Source: Patescibacteria group bacterium
GTDB lineage: Bacteria > Patescibacteriota > Microgenomatia > Woykebacterales > JBBROZ01
Direction of reading: 5' to 3'
DNA: 46,939 nucleotides
Assembly (NCBI GenBank): GCA_038228785.1
Contig: JBBROZ010000002.1
Coordinates: 1-46,939, forward strand
In this document: positions 6,048 through 15,047 of the stretch, one piece after another
How the letters are laid out: each line of letters opens with the position of its first letter
Numbering within the stretch: position 1 is the stretch's first letter
Position numbers and translations under genes: made by a program
Notes under the pieces: generated by a model
Databases searched by the model: none
Told to the model about the DNA's origin: nothing
The model's input: the letters and a program-made list of their open reading frames with translations, nothing else

Positions 6048-8389
6048 TGCTGGCCCCACTTTCTTGGATCAGAGAGTATGTTAACCTCCCAACTGTAGAT
6101 AAGTTGGTTGATAGACTAAACCAAACAGGCACCACCGTGGCGGCTGTTACGCCCTATGGTGAGGGATTAGAAAAAATTATCGTTGGAGAGATACTAGAAA
6201 TCTCCCCTCATCCCAATGCCGACAAGCTGCAGCTGACCCGGGTCCAAGTTCCAGGTAAGATTTTATCCGTCGTCTGCGGAGCCAAAAATATCGCCGCCGG
6301 CCAGAAAGTTCCGGTGGCCTTGGTTGGCACTTCTGTCCCCGTCGGCAAGGACGGCTCGCCTCTAAAAATCGAGAAAGTTAAAATACGAAACGTCGAAAGT
6401 GCCGGCATGCTGTGCTCGGCTAAAGAGCTGGGACTAGGAGAAGATCACTCCGGAATTTTAGTCCTGGACCCTAATCTTAAGGTCGGAACGAAATTGACCA
6501 CGGCTCTAAATTTACCGGACACCGTCGTAGAAACTGAAGTCACCACCAATCGCGGCGATGAGCTCAGTATCTATGGACTAGCCCGCGAAATTAGTGCGGT
6601 TACGGGAGCCACGCTTAAACCTCTAACGGCTCCTAAATTGCCGACTAAGATCAACTCTCCTATCAAACTGACCGCTACCATCGCTGACCCGGCTCTTTGC
6701 ACCAGGTACTCAGCCTTAGCCATAAGCGGTCTTAAGCTAGGCCCCAGCCCCGTCTTCATCCAGACCAGACTGCGCTCGGCCGGGATGAGACCGATTAATA
6801 ATCTGGTCGATATTACCAACTATGTTCTTCTGCTAACGGGACAACCGCTGCACGCCTTTGATTACTCCAAGATCGCGGAAGGGCATCTGATCGTCAGGGA
6901 AAGCCAAGCCGGGGAGAGACTGACCACTTTAGATGGCGTCACCAGACAACTCGGGTTCGGAGCCGCCGTAATTGCTGACCAGGGTAAGATCTTGGGCCTG
7001 GCCGGGGTCATGGGGGGAGAACATAGCGGCGTTGGAGAGCTAACTGATACTGTCGTTTTAGAATCGGCAGTTTTTGACCCGGGAGTGATTCGCCAGACAG
7101 CGCTGAAATACAACCTGCCAAGTGAAGCTAGTTTCCGGTTCGTACGCGGAGTAGATCCCACTAGTAGTGTGGTTGCCCTGGAGCTAGCGGTGCAGCTACT
7201 GGCCAAATACGCCGGGGGGCAGGTCGCCTCAGAACTAGTCGACATTTACCCCAAAACGCTGGAACCAGTAAAAGTCGAATTGACCAGCGCCAAAATGGAT
7301 CAGTATCTCGGTTTCAAACACCCACTAAGTCTGGCCGCTAGTCAGCTAGTCAAACTAGGCTTTAAGGTAGTAGCGAGAAGCTCGTCTAAACTAACCGTCC
7401 AGGTTCCATCCTGGCGCATGGGAGATGTATCAGCCGAGGAGGATCTAATCGAAGAAGTGGCCCGACTTTCGGGATACGACAATATCCCCTCCAGTCTTCC
7501 ATCTGGACCATTGATGGAAAGTAGTCCTCATCCAGAAATAGCTTATCTTAGAAGTATCAAAATCCAACTGACTAACCTCGGTCTAACTGAGGTCATGAAC
7601 TTTCCGATGGTTAGTGAAGAAATGACCGGTGGGGAGACGGCTTTGAAGCTGTCCAACACCATATCCAAGGAGTGGGAGTTTCTTAGGACTTCGCTCATTC
7701 CTGGTCTCAGCAAAACGGCGGTCACCAATATCAACTACGGCATCGAACCCCGAATTTTCGAGGTAGGGAAGATCTATCAACCAAAAGATGGGGACTTACC
7801 TTATGAGAAGTCGGTTCTCACACTCATTGGGGAGAACTATAGTCAAGTTAAAGGAATATTTGAAGCTATCTGTACCAACATCGGACTACCGAGTCCCACT
7901 TACGAATCCTGCCAATCGACGTGGCTAGATTCTGCTACTTCCGCTTCAGCTCGAATTGAGAGCGAAGTCGTCGGGATCATAGGAGTAGTTTCGTCCACTT
8001 TAAGAACTATGGCGGGACTGCACCGAGAGATGGTAGTGGGGGAGTTTGACTTGGACCTTCTTCTGGCTAAAATTCCGACCAGCAAGACTTTCAGGTCAAT
8101 TTCCAAATTTCCGGCGGTCACTGAGGATCTTTCGGTGCTAGTGGCTAATACTACTCCAGTCGGTGAGCTAGTCCAGGCTATTAAGCTTTTCACCGAGATA
8201 GCCACGCTCAGTGGGGTCGAGGCGACGGAGATATTTGCTGATGATAAGTTGGGAGCTAACAAGAAGTCAGTTAAGCTAACACTCAAGTTTCAAAGTCCGG
8301 TCAAGACACTGACCAGTGCCGAGGTCAAGGCGGACCGCGATAAGATTGCCAAGTTTCTGAAAGAAAATTTCCAAGCGAAAATAAGGTAA
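6047..8389 (+). CDS. pheT: Phenylalanyl-tRNA synthetase beta subunit
   Basis: 780 aa. It begins MLAPLSWIREYV, has an N-terminal tRNA-binding OB domain (HPNADKL), B3/4 and B5 domains and a C-terminal FDX-ACB domain. It is coupled to pheS. Confidence 0.95.
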   Translation: MLAPLSWIREYVNLPTVDKLVDRLNQTGTTVAAVTPYGEGLEKIIVGEILEISPHPNADKLQLTRVQVPGKILSVVCGAKNIAAGQKVPVALVGTSVPVGKDGSPLKIEKVKIRNVESAGMLCSAKELGLGEDHSGILVLDPNLKVGTKLTTALNLPDTVVETEVTTNRGDELSIYGLAREISAVTGATLKPLTAPKLPTKINSPIKLTATIADPALCTRYSALAISGLKLGPSPVFIQTRLRSAGMRPINNLVDITNYVLLLTGQPLHAFDYSKIAEGHLIVRESQAGERLTTLDGVTRQLGFGAAVIADQGKILGLAGVMGGEHSGVGELTDTVVLESAVFDPGVIRQTALKYNLPSEASFRFVRGVDPTSSVVALELAVQLLAKYAGGQVASELVDIYPKTLEPVKVELTSAKMDQYLGFKHPLSLAASQLVKLGFKVVARSSSKLTVQVPSWRMGDVSAEEDLIEEVARLSGYDNIPSSLPSGPLMESSPHPEIAYLRSIKIQLTNLGLTEVMNFPMVSEEMTGGETALKLSNTISKEWEFLRTSLIPGLSKTAVTNINYGIEPRIFEVGKIYQPKDGDLPYEKSVLTLIGENYSQVKGIFEAICTNIGLPSPTYESCQSTWLDSATSASARIESEVVGIIGVVSSTLRTMAGLHREMVVGEFDLDLLLAKIPTSKTFRSISKFPAVTEDLSVLVANTTPVGELVQAIKLFTEIATLSGVEATEIFADDKLGANKKSVKLTLKFQSPVKTLTSAEVKADRDKIAKFLKENFQAKIR

Positions 8390-8397
8390 AAAGGAAA

Positions 8398-8431
8398 GAC
8401 GGTACTCTCGGCCCACATGGAGAATACCGTC
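8398..8431 (-). terminator. Hairpin terminator between convergent pheT and the 79-aa gene
   Basis: GACGGTACTCTC (8398-8409)/GAGAATACCGTC (8420-8431), 11 of 12 bp paired. A T-rich run follows on the minus strand (TTTCCTTTTTACC), so it most likely serves the minus-strand gene. Confidence 0.5.
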
Positions 8432-8471
8432 TGCTAAGTAGCTGGTGTCTCTATCAAGATCTCACTCCTGC

Positions 8472-8711
8472 TTAGTCGTTGAAGTGCTCAGGAACACGCC
8501 GTTGATAGATCGCTTCGAGTGTCCGGATGTCCGAAAGAAGTTCCTTTCGAAACGCCGGCAGCTGGTGTTCGAGATCGTTCATGAAACGCCGGACCTTTTC
8601 GTTGAGCTCGGACCGAGTGATCTGATTCAGGTCATAGCTGACCAGAATGCTTAGATACTGGCCGACTCGACGTGATCGAAGCGCTTCAGCGTCCTCCGTA
8701 ACCACGGCCAC
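8472..8711 (-). CDS. Hypothetical small protein (79 aa)
   Basis: GTG start preceded by AGGAGAAAGAGG. It has its own terminator downstream. It is preferred over the overlapping plus-strand ORF 8445..8654, which lacks an SD. Confidence 0.5.
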   Translation of the reverse strand: MAVVTEDAEALRSRRVGQYLSILVSYDLNQITRSELNEKVRRFMNDLEHQLPAFRKELLSDIRTLEAIYQRRVPEHFND

Positions 8712-8779
8712 CTCTTTCTCCTTTCTGTGGGCGGGGCCTTAGTGCACACGGTATAACATATTTTAGTTAGGGAAGCAAA

Positions 8780-11347
8780 TTAGGGGTGCTTTTTTTCCTG
8801 ACCTGGAGGCAGGACTGATGGAGCAGGGGAGCCAGCGGCGATATTGATGGTTATCGAAGCCGTGCCTGTAATTCCCTGGGTATCATAGGCTTTAATCGAG
8901 ATCACATGTGGTCCCGGAGGAACAGCTGAGTATTGAAAATTATAAGGTGACGTGGTAGAAGAACCAACTAAATTTGGACCGTCCAGGAAAAAATCGACTT
9001 TAGTGATCGGATAAGGACCAGCGGCATTGGCGGAGACATCGAAAGCTGGCCCCTGGGTTGACCCGTCGGCAGGAGAAGTGATACTGGCTAGTATTTCGGT
9101 CCCAGAAGCCCCACCACGGTAGGCATTGCATTTTTCGGTCGGGGGATCAAACGGGCTCCATTGACCTTTGGTGAAAGCGTCACTGACGTTGACGAAGACT
9201 TGATCGTAGGCTTTTCCAGCGGCCTCATCAGCTGGAGTAGCCAGCTTCTTTTGGTCAGTACACAGACGTAGCGTTTTGACATTGGCGGTGTTAGTGGGGA
9301 CTGTTGATTTGGTGAACCACTCTAATTTGGTCGGGTTTCCGCCCACCGGCTTGGTGCCGTAAACAGCGTCAACAGCGATCTGCACGACGTTGTCGGGACG
9401 GTTAAATGATTCCTGAGGAGCTTTGGTAATCTCGAAAACCTTGAGGAAGATCTTCTTCCAGATCGGCGCCGCTCCGGTAATTCCCGATGATAATCGTCCG
9501 CTGATGGGCGTTCCGTCATTGTTGCCAACCCAGGTCCCGACGACATAGCTTGGGGTGAAACCGATCGTCCAGTTGTCTTTGATGTCATCGGTCGTGCCGG
9601 TCTTGACCGCGATGGTGTGTCCTGGAACCGACAGGGTTTGGACCCCGAAGGCTCCGAAGGTCGGCAACTTAGCGTTACCATCGGCTAGGATATCGCTCAT
9701 GATAAAAGCGTGCCCAGCGTCAAGCACCCGACGACCGGGAGTTGGTTTGAATTCCTCTAACACTTTACCCTTGGGATCGACTACTTTTAGGATCGTCACC
9801 GGATCCACCCGCAAACCACCGTTGGCAAAAGCCGAGTAAGCTGTGACCATATCGATCATCTTGACCTCACCTCCCCCAAGCGTTAGCGATAAGCCGTAAC
9901 GACTGGGATCTTGGAGGGTCGTGATACCCATTTCATGAGCTGTATCAATCATGGACTGGACTCCATTTAGAGCTAGCATCTTAACGGCTGGAACGTTAAG
10001 TGACTGCGCCAAGGCATTGCGCATCAGAATAAGTCCACCGGTGCCATGACCAAAAGTACGATCGTAGTTAAGGGGCGTATAAACTCCATTGGGACATCCT
10101 ACCCCACAGGGAAAATCGGTTTTCTGATCCAAGAAAAGGGTGGCGGCAGTGTAGCCTTTCTTAAGACCAGTCACATAATTAATCGGCTTGATCGAGCTTC
10201 CTGGCTGCCTCTCGGCGGTCGTGACATTGTACTGCCCGTCATAATCTTTGGCGAAATAATCTTTACTGCCAACCATCGCCAAAACCTCGCCAGTTTTTGG
10301 ATTCATAATCATGGCGTCACCGTTACTGTAGCGGTAATTAGAACCTTCCTGGGCCACTTGATCAGTCACAATCTTTTGGGCTGGTTCCTGGAGTTTGTAA
10401 TCAAGTGAAGTCGTGACCTTAAGACCGCCAGACATGACGAGCTTTTCCCCGTAGCGCTTGACCAGCTGTTCCCTGACATATAGTACGAAGTGAGGTGCTT
10501 TGATAAGCCCATTGCCGCTGGCTTGGAATTTGTAGGCTTCTAGATCCGATAAGGCTTTGGTCTGCTGGTCTTTGGTGATGTAACCGTCATCACGCATCCG
10601 TTTCAGTACTTCTTTGGTGCGAATCTTATAAGAATCGGGATGAGCCCCAAACGGGGAGTAGTAGGTCGGCTCTTGAGGTAGACCAGCCAAAATAGCTGAT
10701 TCCACAAGCGACAACTTCGTGACCGCTTTTCCAAAATATTGCTGCGATCCAGCCTCAGCCCCCCACGCGGTCCCACCGTAAGGAATCTCATTGAAATAAA
10801 TTTGTAGGATCTCGTCTTTGGAATATCTCTTCTCAATCTGGACTGATAAGATAAATTCCTTAACTTTCCTAGTTACTGTTCGCTCATTACTAAGCAGGGT
10901 ATTCTTGACTAACTGCTGGGTTAGAGTGGATCCACCAGATAGTGAATGGTCCAAAGCTATTTCTTTAAAAGACCTAGCGATTCCGGCGATATCGAAGCCC
11001 TGGTGGGTATAGAAACTCTTGTCTTCAATGGCAATGGTCGCGTCCTTAAGATACTGGGGGATATCCTTTAGGGAGACTAGAGTTCTATTCTTGTTACCAT
11101 AAATATCGTAAAGCAGTTCGCCGCTGCGATCGAAGATCTGAGTTGATTGCTCGACCTCGCGATTGGTCAATTTGTAAGGTGAGGGCAGGTCCTTACTGAT
11201 AAATGCAAAAGTGACGATAGTAACAGCAGTAAAGCCTAAGAAAAGAATAAACGCCACCGTGGCTACTTTTACCGCCCAAGGACTGCCGCGTCTAGCGCGG
11301 GCCCAGCGGTTAATTCGTTTGGAAGGGATCTTGGGATAAATCTTCAT
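8780..11347 (-). CDS. Class A penicillin-binding protein (transglycosylase/transpeptidase) with C-terminal Ig-like extension
   Basis: 855 aa. N-terminal TM anchor. GT51 motifs EDKSFYTHQGFD, GGSTLTQQ and RKVKE. Transpeptidase motifs SSIK (SxxK), SLN (SxN) and KTGT. An extra ~100-aa beta-rich tail is present. Confidence 0.92.
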   Translation of the reverse strand: MKIYPKIPSKRINRWARARRGSPWAVKVATVAFILFLGFTAVTIVTFAFISKDLPSPYKLTNREVEQSTQIFDRSGELLYDIYGNKNRTLVSLKDIPQYLKDATIAIEDKSFYTHQGFDIAGIARSFKEIALDHSLSGGSTLTQQLVKNTLLSNERTVTRKVKEFILSVQIEKRYSKDEILQIYFNEIPYGGTAWGAEAGSQQYFGKAVTKLSLVESAILAGLPQEPTYYSPFGAHPDSYKIRTKEVLKRMRDDGYITKDQQTKALSDLEAYKFQASGNGLIKAPHFVLYVREQLVKRYGEKLVMSGGLKVTTSLDYKLQEPAQKIVTDQVAQEGSNYRYSNGDAMIMNPKTGEVLAMVGSKDYFAKDYDGQYNVTTAERQPGSSIKPINYVTGLKKGYTAATLFLDQKTDFPCGVGCPNGVYTPLNYDRTFGHGTGGLILMRNALAQSLNVPAVKMLALNGVQSMIDTAHEMGITTLQDPSRYGLSLTLGGGEVKMIDMVTAYSAFANGGLRVDPVTILKVVDPKGKVLEEFKPTPGRRVLDAGHAFIMSDILADGNAKLPTFGAFGVQTLSVPGHTIAVKTGTTDDIKDNWTIGFTPSYVVGTWVGNNDGTPISGRLSSGITGAAPIWKKIFLKVFEITKAPQESFNRPDNVVQIAVDAVYGTKPVGGNPTKLEWFTKSTVPTNTANVKTLRLCTDQKKLATPADEAAGKAYDQVFVNVSDAFTKGQWSPFDPPTEKCNAYRGGASGTEILASITSPADGSTQGPAFDVSANAAGPYPITKVDFFLDGPNLVGSSTTSPYNFQYSAVPPGPHVISIKAYDTQGITGTASITINIAAGSPAPSVLPPGQEKKHP

Positions 11348-11390
11348 CGGATCCTTGTTATTTTACCACCTCAGGAAGTACCATTAAAGT

Positions 11391-12614
11391 ATGGCTAAAT
11401 CTGACCCGATATCCGACTTACTGACGAAGAATGTCAGCCAAATAGTGAATCTCGAGGATCTAAAACGCAAGTTAGCATCTAACCGCAAGCTAGTTATCAA
11501 ACTGGGGCGCGACCCCCGCACTCCCACTCTGACCTTAGGCCACGCCGTGCCACTTCGTAAACTGCGCGATTTCCAAAGGGCGGGTCACCAGATTGTGATC
11601 GTAATTGGGGATTTTACCGCCAGATTGGGTGACCCAGCCGACTCAGATAAGGAGCGCGAAGTCCTGTCCGAAAAACTGATCGCTAGCAATGTAGCCACCA
11701 TCAAGAAAGAGTTTTTTAAAATTCTCGATCCCAAGAAAACCAAGCTTGTCCTTAACTCAAGCTGGCTGGAGAAACTAGATTTTGGCGACGTGATCAAATT
11801 GGCAAGCCACTTCACCGTCCAACAGAACATTGAGAGGGACCTGTTTCAAAAAAGGCTATCGGCCGATAAACCAATCTGGCTGCATGAATTTCTCTACCCC
11901 TTGATGCAAGCATACGACTCCGTGGAACTAAAACCAGACCTGGAAGTGGGTGGGACTGATCAGACCTTTAACCTATTAGCCGGCCGAACTCTTATGAAGG
12001 CCTACGGCCTCAAGCCCCAAGATATTTTGACGACCCCAATGTTAATCGGCACCGACGGACGGGAAATGCACTCAAGCCTGGGTAATACCATCCTGCTAAC
12101 CGACGAACCCTTTGATATGTTTGGTAAAGTCATGGGGCTAAGAGACGAGCTGATCCTTCAATATATGGATTTGACTACCGACATGTCGGCCTCTGAGATC
12201 GAGGGGATCGCTTCACAACTCAAACACGGCACTATCACCGCGATTGACGCCAAAAAAGCTCTCGCCAGAGAGATTGTCAGCTTATACCACAGCGGGGAAG
12301 CGGCCAACGCGGCGCAACAGCAATTTGAAAACGTGATCCAATCCAAAGGATTGCCAGAAGATCGATCCATTCATAAACTAAAAGGGCTGACGATTAACAT
12401 TATTGACCTGCTTGTAGAATCAAACCTGGTTTCATCCAGGTCGGAGGCTAAGCGGCTAATCGAACAAGGTGGGGTGGATAAAGTCCACGTCGAAAAAGGA
12501 GCAATCGTCAATCGTACTACCTTAACTGACCCGATGGTCCAAGTTGGCCCACACTCTTCTCAAGATATAATTATCCAAGTTGGAAAAAGGAAGGCTGTAG
12601 AAATTAAAAAATGA
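11391..12614 (+). CDS. tyrS: Tyrosyl-tRNA synthetase with C-terminal S4-like domain
   Basis: 407 aa. TyrRS-specific YPLMQAYD and GGTDQTFN motifs, and an S4 domain (SRSEAKRLIEQGGV). The signature motifs read TLGH (HIGH) and EMHSS (KMSKS). Confidence 0.88.
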   Translation: MAKSDPISDLLTKNVSQIVNLEDLKRKLASNRKLVIKLGRDPRTPTLTLGHAVPLRKLRDFQRAGHQIVIVIGDFTARLGDPADSDKEREVLSEKLIASNVATIKKEFFKILDPKKTKLVLNSSWLEKLDFGDVIKLASHFTVQQNIERDLFQKRLSADKPIWLHEFLYPLMQAYDSVELKPDLEVGGTDQTFNLLAGRTLMKAYGLKPQDILTTPMLIGTDGREMHSSLGNTILLTDEPFDMFGKVMGLRDELILQYMDLTTDMSASEIEGIASQLKHGTITAIDAKKALAREIVSLYHSGEAANAAQQQFENVIQSKGLPEDRSIHKLKGLTINIIDLLVESNLVSSRSEAKRLIEQGGVDKVHVEKGAIVNRTTLTDPMVQVGPHSSQDIIIQVGKRKAVEIKK

Positions 12615-12709
12615 GAAGTATTAGAAAATATCGCTTAGTTTACGCCGCTATTACCGCCATCGCCTCGCTTGCTCTGATCGCGAGCGGGCTGATCTATTTA
12701 TTCCAGTAA
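12611..12709 (+). CDS. Possible 32-aa membrane micro-protein
   Basis: Hand translation gives MRSIRKYRLVYAAITAIASLALIASGLIYLFQ. Its ATG overlaps the tyrS stop (ATGA). It is below the ORF-track cutoff. Confidence 0.3.
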   Translation: MRSIRKYRLVYAAITAIASLALIASGLIYLFQ

Positions 12710-12718
12710 CGCCCACCT

Positions 12719-14716
12719 ATGAAACCTGATACCAAATTATCCAGCCTGGCTGGTATCGGCCCGGCTTATATAACTAGATTAGCTCGACTAGGAATTGAGA
12801 ACCTAACTGATCTTCTTTACCATTTTCCATTCCGCTACGAAGACCTAAGCGCTGTTCGCCAAATTGCTGAGATTGTCGAGGGCGAGGTGGTGACAGTCCG
12901 GGGACAAGTCTGGGAAATCCAAAACATTAGGACCAGGCATGGGAAGTTTTTGACGAAAGCTTTGGTTAATGATGGTTCGGCTTCGATTACTATCGTTTGG
13001 TTTAACCAACCCTACCTAACCAGGGTCATCAAAGTCGGGGTTACCATCTCTCTAGCTGGTAAAGCAAATATTTACCAAGGCAAACTTAGTCTAACCGCCC
13101 CGGACTTCGAAATAGGTGACCTCCGTACCCACACCGGACGGATTATTCCGATCTACCCTGAAACCCAGGGGCTTAGTAGCAAGTGGTTACGGAGTAAGAT
13201 AACTCCTCTTGCACCAATCTTAACCACGCAGTTAAAAGAGTACCTGCCACCTGGGATCTTGCGCCGTTACCACTTGCTAAGCCTGGAGGAAGCACTAATC
13301 AAAATCCACTCCCCAGGAAGTTTGGATGACATTGACCAGGCTAGACGACGATTCGGATTTGAGGAACTATTTATCCTACATTTAGCCGCCTTAATGCGTA
13401 AGGCTGCCAACGAGGCTAGAGCCGGGGTCAAACTGGCGGTAAGCAACTCCCAAGTCAACGCTTTTATCGCCAGTTTGCCGTTTCGCCTAACCTCCTCGCA
13501 ACAGCGCGCGGCCTGGGAAATCCTATCGGATCTTAAGGGGGGTCGTCCGATGAATCGGCTGCTGCAAGGTGACGTCGGGAGTGGCAAAACAGTGGTGGCA
13601 GCGATCGCCGCCTACGTCACATCTCTAAATAAAATGCAAACTGCGATCATGGCCCCCACAGAAATTCTAGCCCAGCAGCATTTTGAAACTCTCACTACGG
13701 TACTGGCTAAGTTTGGCGTCAGCGTCGGACTACGAACTAGGTCCAAGAAATCCGGTCCCGCGGACGTAACAGTTGGGACCCAAGCCCTAATTGCTACCTC
13801 GGCCGCGTTCGATAATCTCGGTTTGGTGATAATCGACGAACAGCACCGCTTCGGAGTAGCCCAACGTGCGCTACTTAAATCCAAGGGCTCCGCTCCGCAT
13901 CTACTGACTATGACGGCCACGCCTATTCCCAGGACTTTGGCGCTCAGCTTATACGGCGACCTAGATTTATCGACCCTGGATGAACTCCCACCCGGGCGCC
14001 AAATTGTTAAGACCTACCTCACCCCACCCGCCAAAAGAGACAAAGCTTACGACTTCATCCGTAGCAGGGTCAAATTGAGCCAGCAAGTATTCATCGTTAC
14101 CCCGCTGATCGAGCCATCGGAATCTCTTTCCACCTTACGATCGGCGACTCAGGAATTCGAGCGACTAAAAACTGAAGTTTTCCCAGAGCTTCGACTAGGA
14201 CTCCTGCACGGACGACTCACCACCAAAAATAAACAACTGGTCTTGGACCAATTCCGAGATAAAAAGCTAGATATCCTGGTCACAACCCCAGTGGTCGAGG
14301 TCGGAATCGATATCCCGAACGCCACCGTCATGGTCATTGAAGGCTCGGATCACTTCGGACTGGCCCAACTCCACCAGCTAAGAGGACGAGTCGGGCGGGG
14401 AGTGGAGGAGTCGTGGTGCCTGCTTTTTAGCGATAGCTTAGAAGAGGGGGTCAATAAGCGTCTTCAGGCGATGGAAACCCAGCACTTAGGAGCCAAACTG
14501 GCTGAACTTGATTTGGCCTTGCGAGGGCCAGGCGAATTGTACGGAATCAGGCAATCCGGCATCCCCGAACTCAAGATTGCCAAACTGACGGACACCGCTT
14601 TAATAACGGAAACTAGACGGGCGGCCGAAGATTATCTGGCTAGCCAACCCCGCCTACCTAGCGGGCTGACCCAGCGCTTGGAGAAGCTGTTGGAAACGCC
14701 GACCTCACCTGATTAA
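12719..14716 (+). CDS. recG: ATP-dependent DNA helicase RecG
   Basis: 665 aa. N-terminal wedge/OB domain and helicase motifs GDVGSGKT, DEQHRFG, TATPIPRT and QLRGRVGRG. Confidence 0.93.
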   Translation: MKPDTKLSSLAGIGPAYITRLARLGIENLTDLLYHFPFRYEDLSAVRQIAEIVEGEVVTVRGQVWEIQNIRTRHGKFLTKALVNDGSASITIVWFNQPYLTRVIKVGVTISLAGKANIYQGKLSLTAPDFEIGDLRTHTGRIIPIYPETQGLSSKWLRSKITPLAPILTTQLKEYLPPGILRRYHLLSLEEALIKIHSPGSLDDIDQARRRFGFEELFILHLAALMRKAANEARAGVKLAVSNSQVNAFIASLPFRLTSSQQRAAWEILSDLKGGRPMNRLLQGDVGSGKTVVAAIAAYVTSLNKMQTAIMAPTEILAQQHFETLTTVLAKFGVSVGLRTRSKKSGPADVTVGTQALIATSAAFDNLGLVIIDEQHRFGVAQRALLKSKGSAPHLLTMTATPIPRTLALSLYGDLDLSTLDELPPGRQIVKTYLTPPAKRDKAYDFIRSRVKLSQQVFIVTPLIEPSESLSTLRSATQEFERLKTEVFPELRLGLLHGRLTTKNKQLVLDQFRDKKLDILVTTPVVEVGIDIPNATVMVIEGSDHFGLAQLHQLRGRVGRGVEESWCLLFSDSLEEGVNKRLQAMETQHLGAKLAELDLALRGPGELYGIRQSGIPELKIAKLTDTALITETRRAAEDYLASQPRLPSGLTQRLEKLLETPTSPD

Positions 14717-14722
14717 AAACGG

Positions 14723-14751
14723 TTGACAGCCTGGAATCTCCAGGGTAGAAT
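14723..14751 (+). promoter_or_regulatory. Consensus sigma-70-type promoter of rpmF (leaderless geometry)
   Basis: TTGACA (14723-14728), exact 17-nt spacer, TAGAAT (14746-14751). The ATG at 14760 is 8 nt downstream with no SD. Confidence 0.6.
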
Positions 14752-14759
14752 GCCCTGGT

Positions 14760-15005
14760 ATGACACCACTTCCTAAAAGACGACACTCAACCGCTAGGTC
14801 CGGCAAAAGACGGGCCTCGATCAAATTATCATCCCCCAGCTTCTCCAAATGCCCTAATTGTGGGAAAATGAAATTACCACACACCGTTTGTCCGGAGTGC
14901 GGAGTGTATTCGGGACGCGTGGTCGTAGCCCCTAAAGTAAAGACAATCGTTAAAAAATTAAATTCGCCGGAGTCTAGCGAAACCGAAGCTAATCCAGCTG
15001 GCTAA
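14760..15005 (+). CDS. rpmF: Ribosomal protein L32 (zinc-ribbon form, extended C-terminus)
   Basis: 81 aa. MTPLPKRRHSTARSGKRR, plus CPNCG...CPECG (a CxxC pair). Confidence 0.9.
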   Translation: MTPLPKRRHSTARSGKRRASIKLSSPSFSKCPNCGKMKLPHTVCPECGVYSGRVVVAPKVKTIVKKLNSPESSETEANPAG

Positions 15006-15047
15006 AAAGGGAGCTGGCGAAGAACGAGGTTCTTCAGAACACTAACA

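Noticed and set aside
8445-8654. Plus-strand ORF overlapping the 79-aa minus-strand gene.
   Set aside because: It has no SD and lies downstream of the pheT terminator. The minus-strand frame has a strong SD and its own terminator.
15019-15035. Hairpin GAAGAAC-GAG-GTTCTTC between rpmF and nusB, considered as a possible terminator.
   Set aside because: No T-tract follows on either strand and nusB starts 12 nt later. It is more likely an RNA processing or stability element, or a chance pairing.
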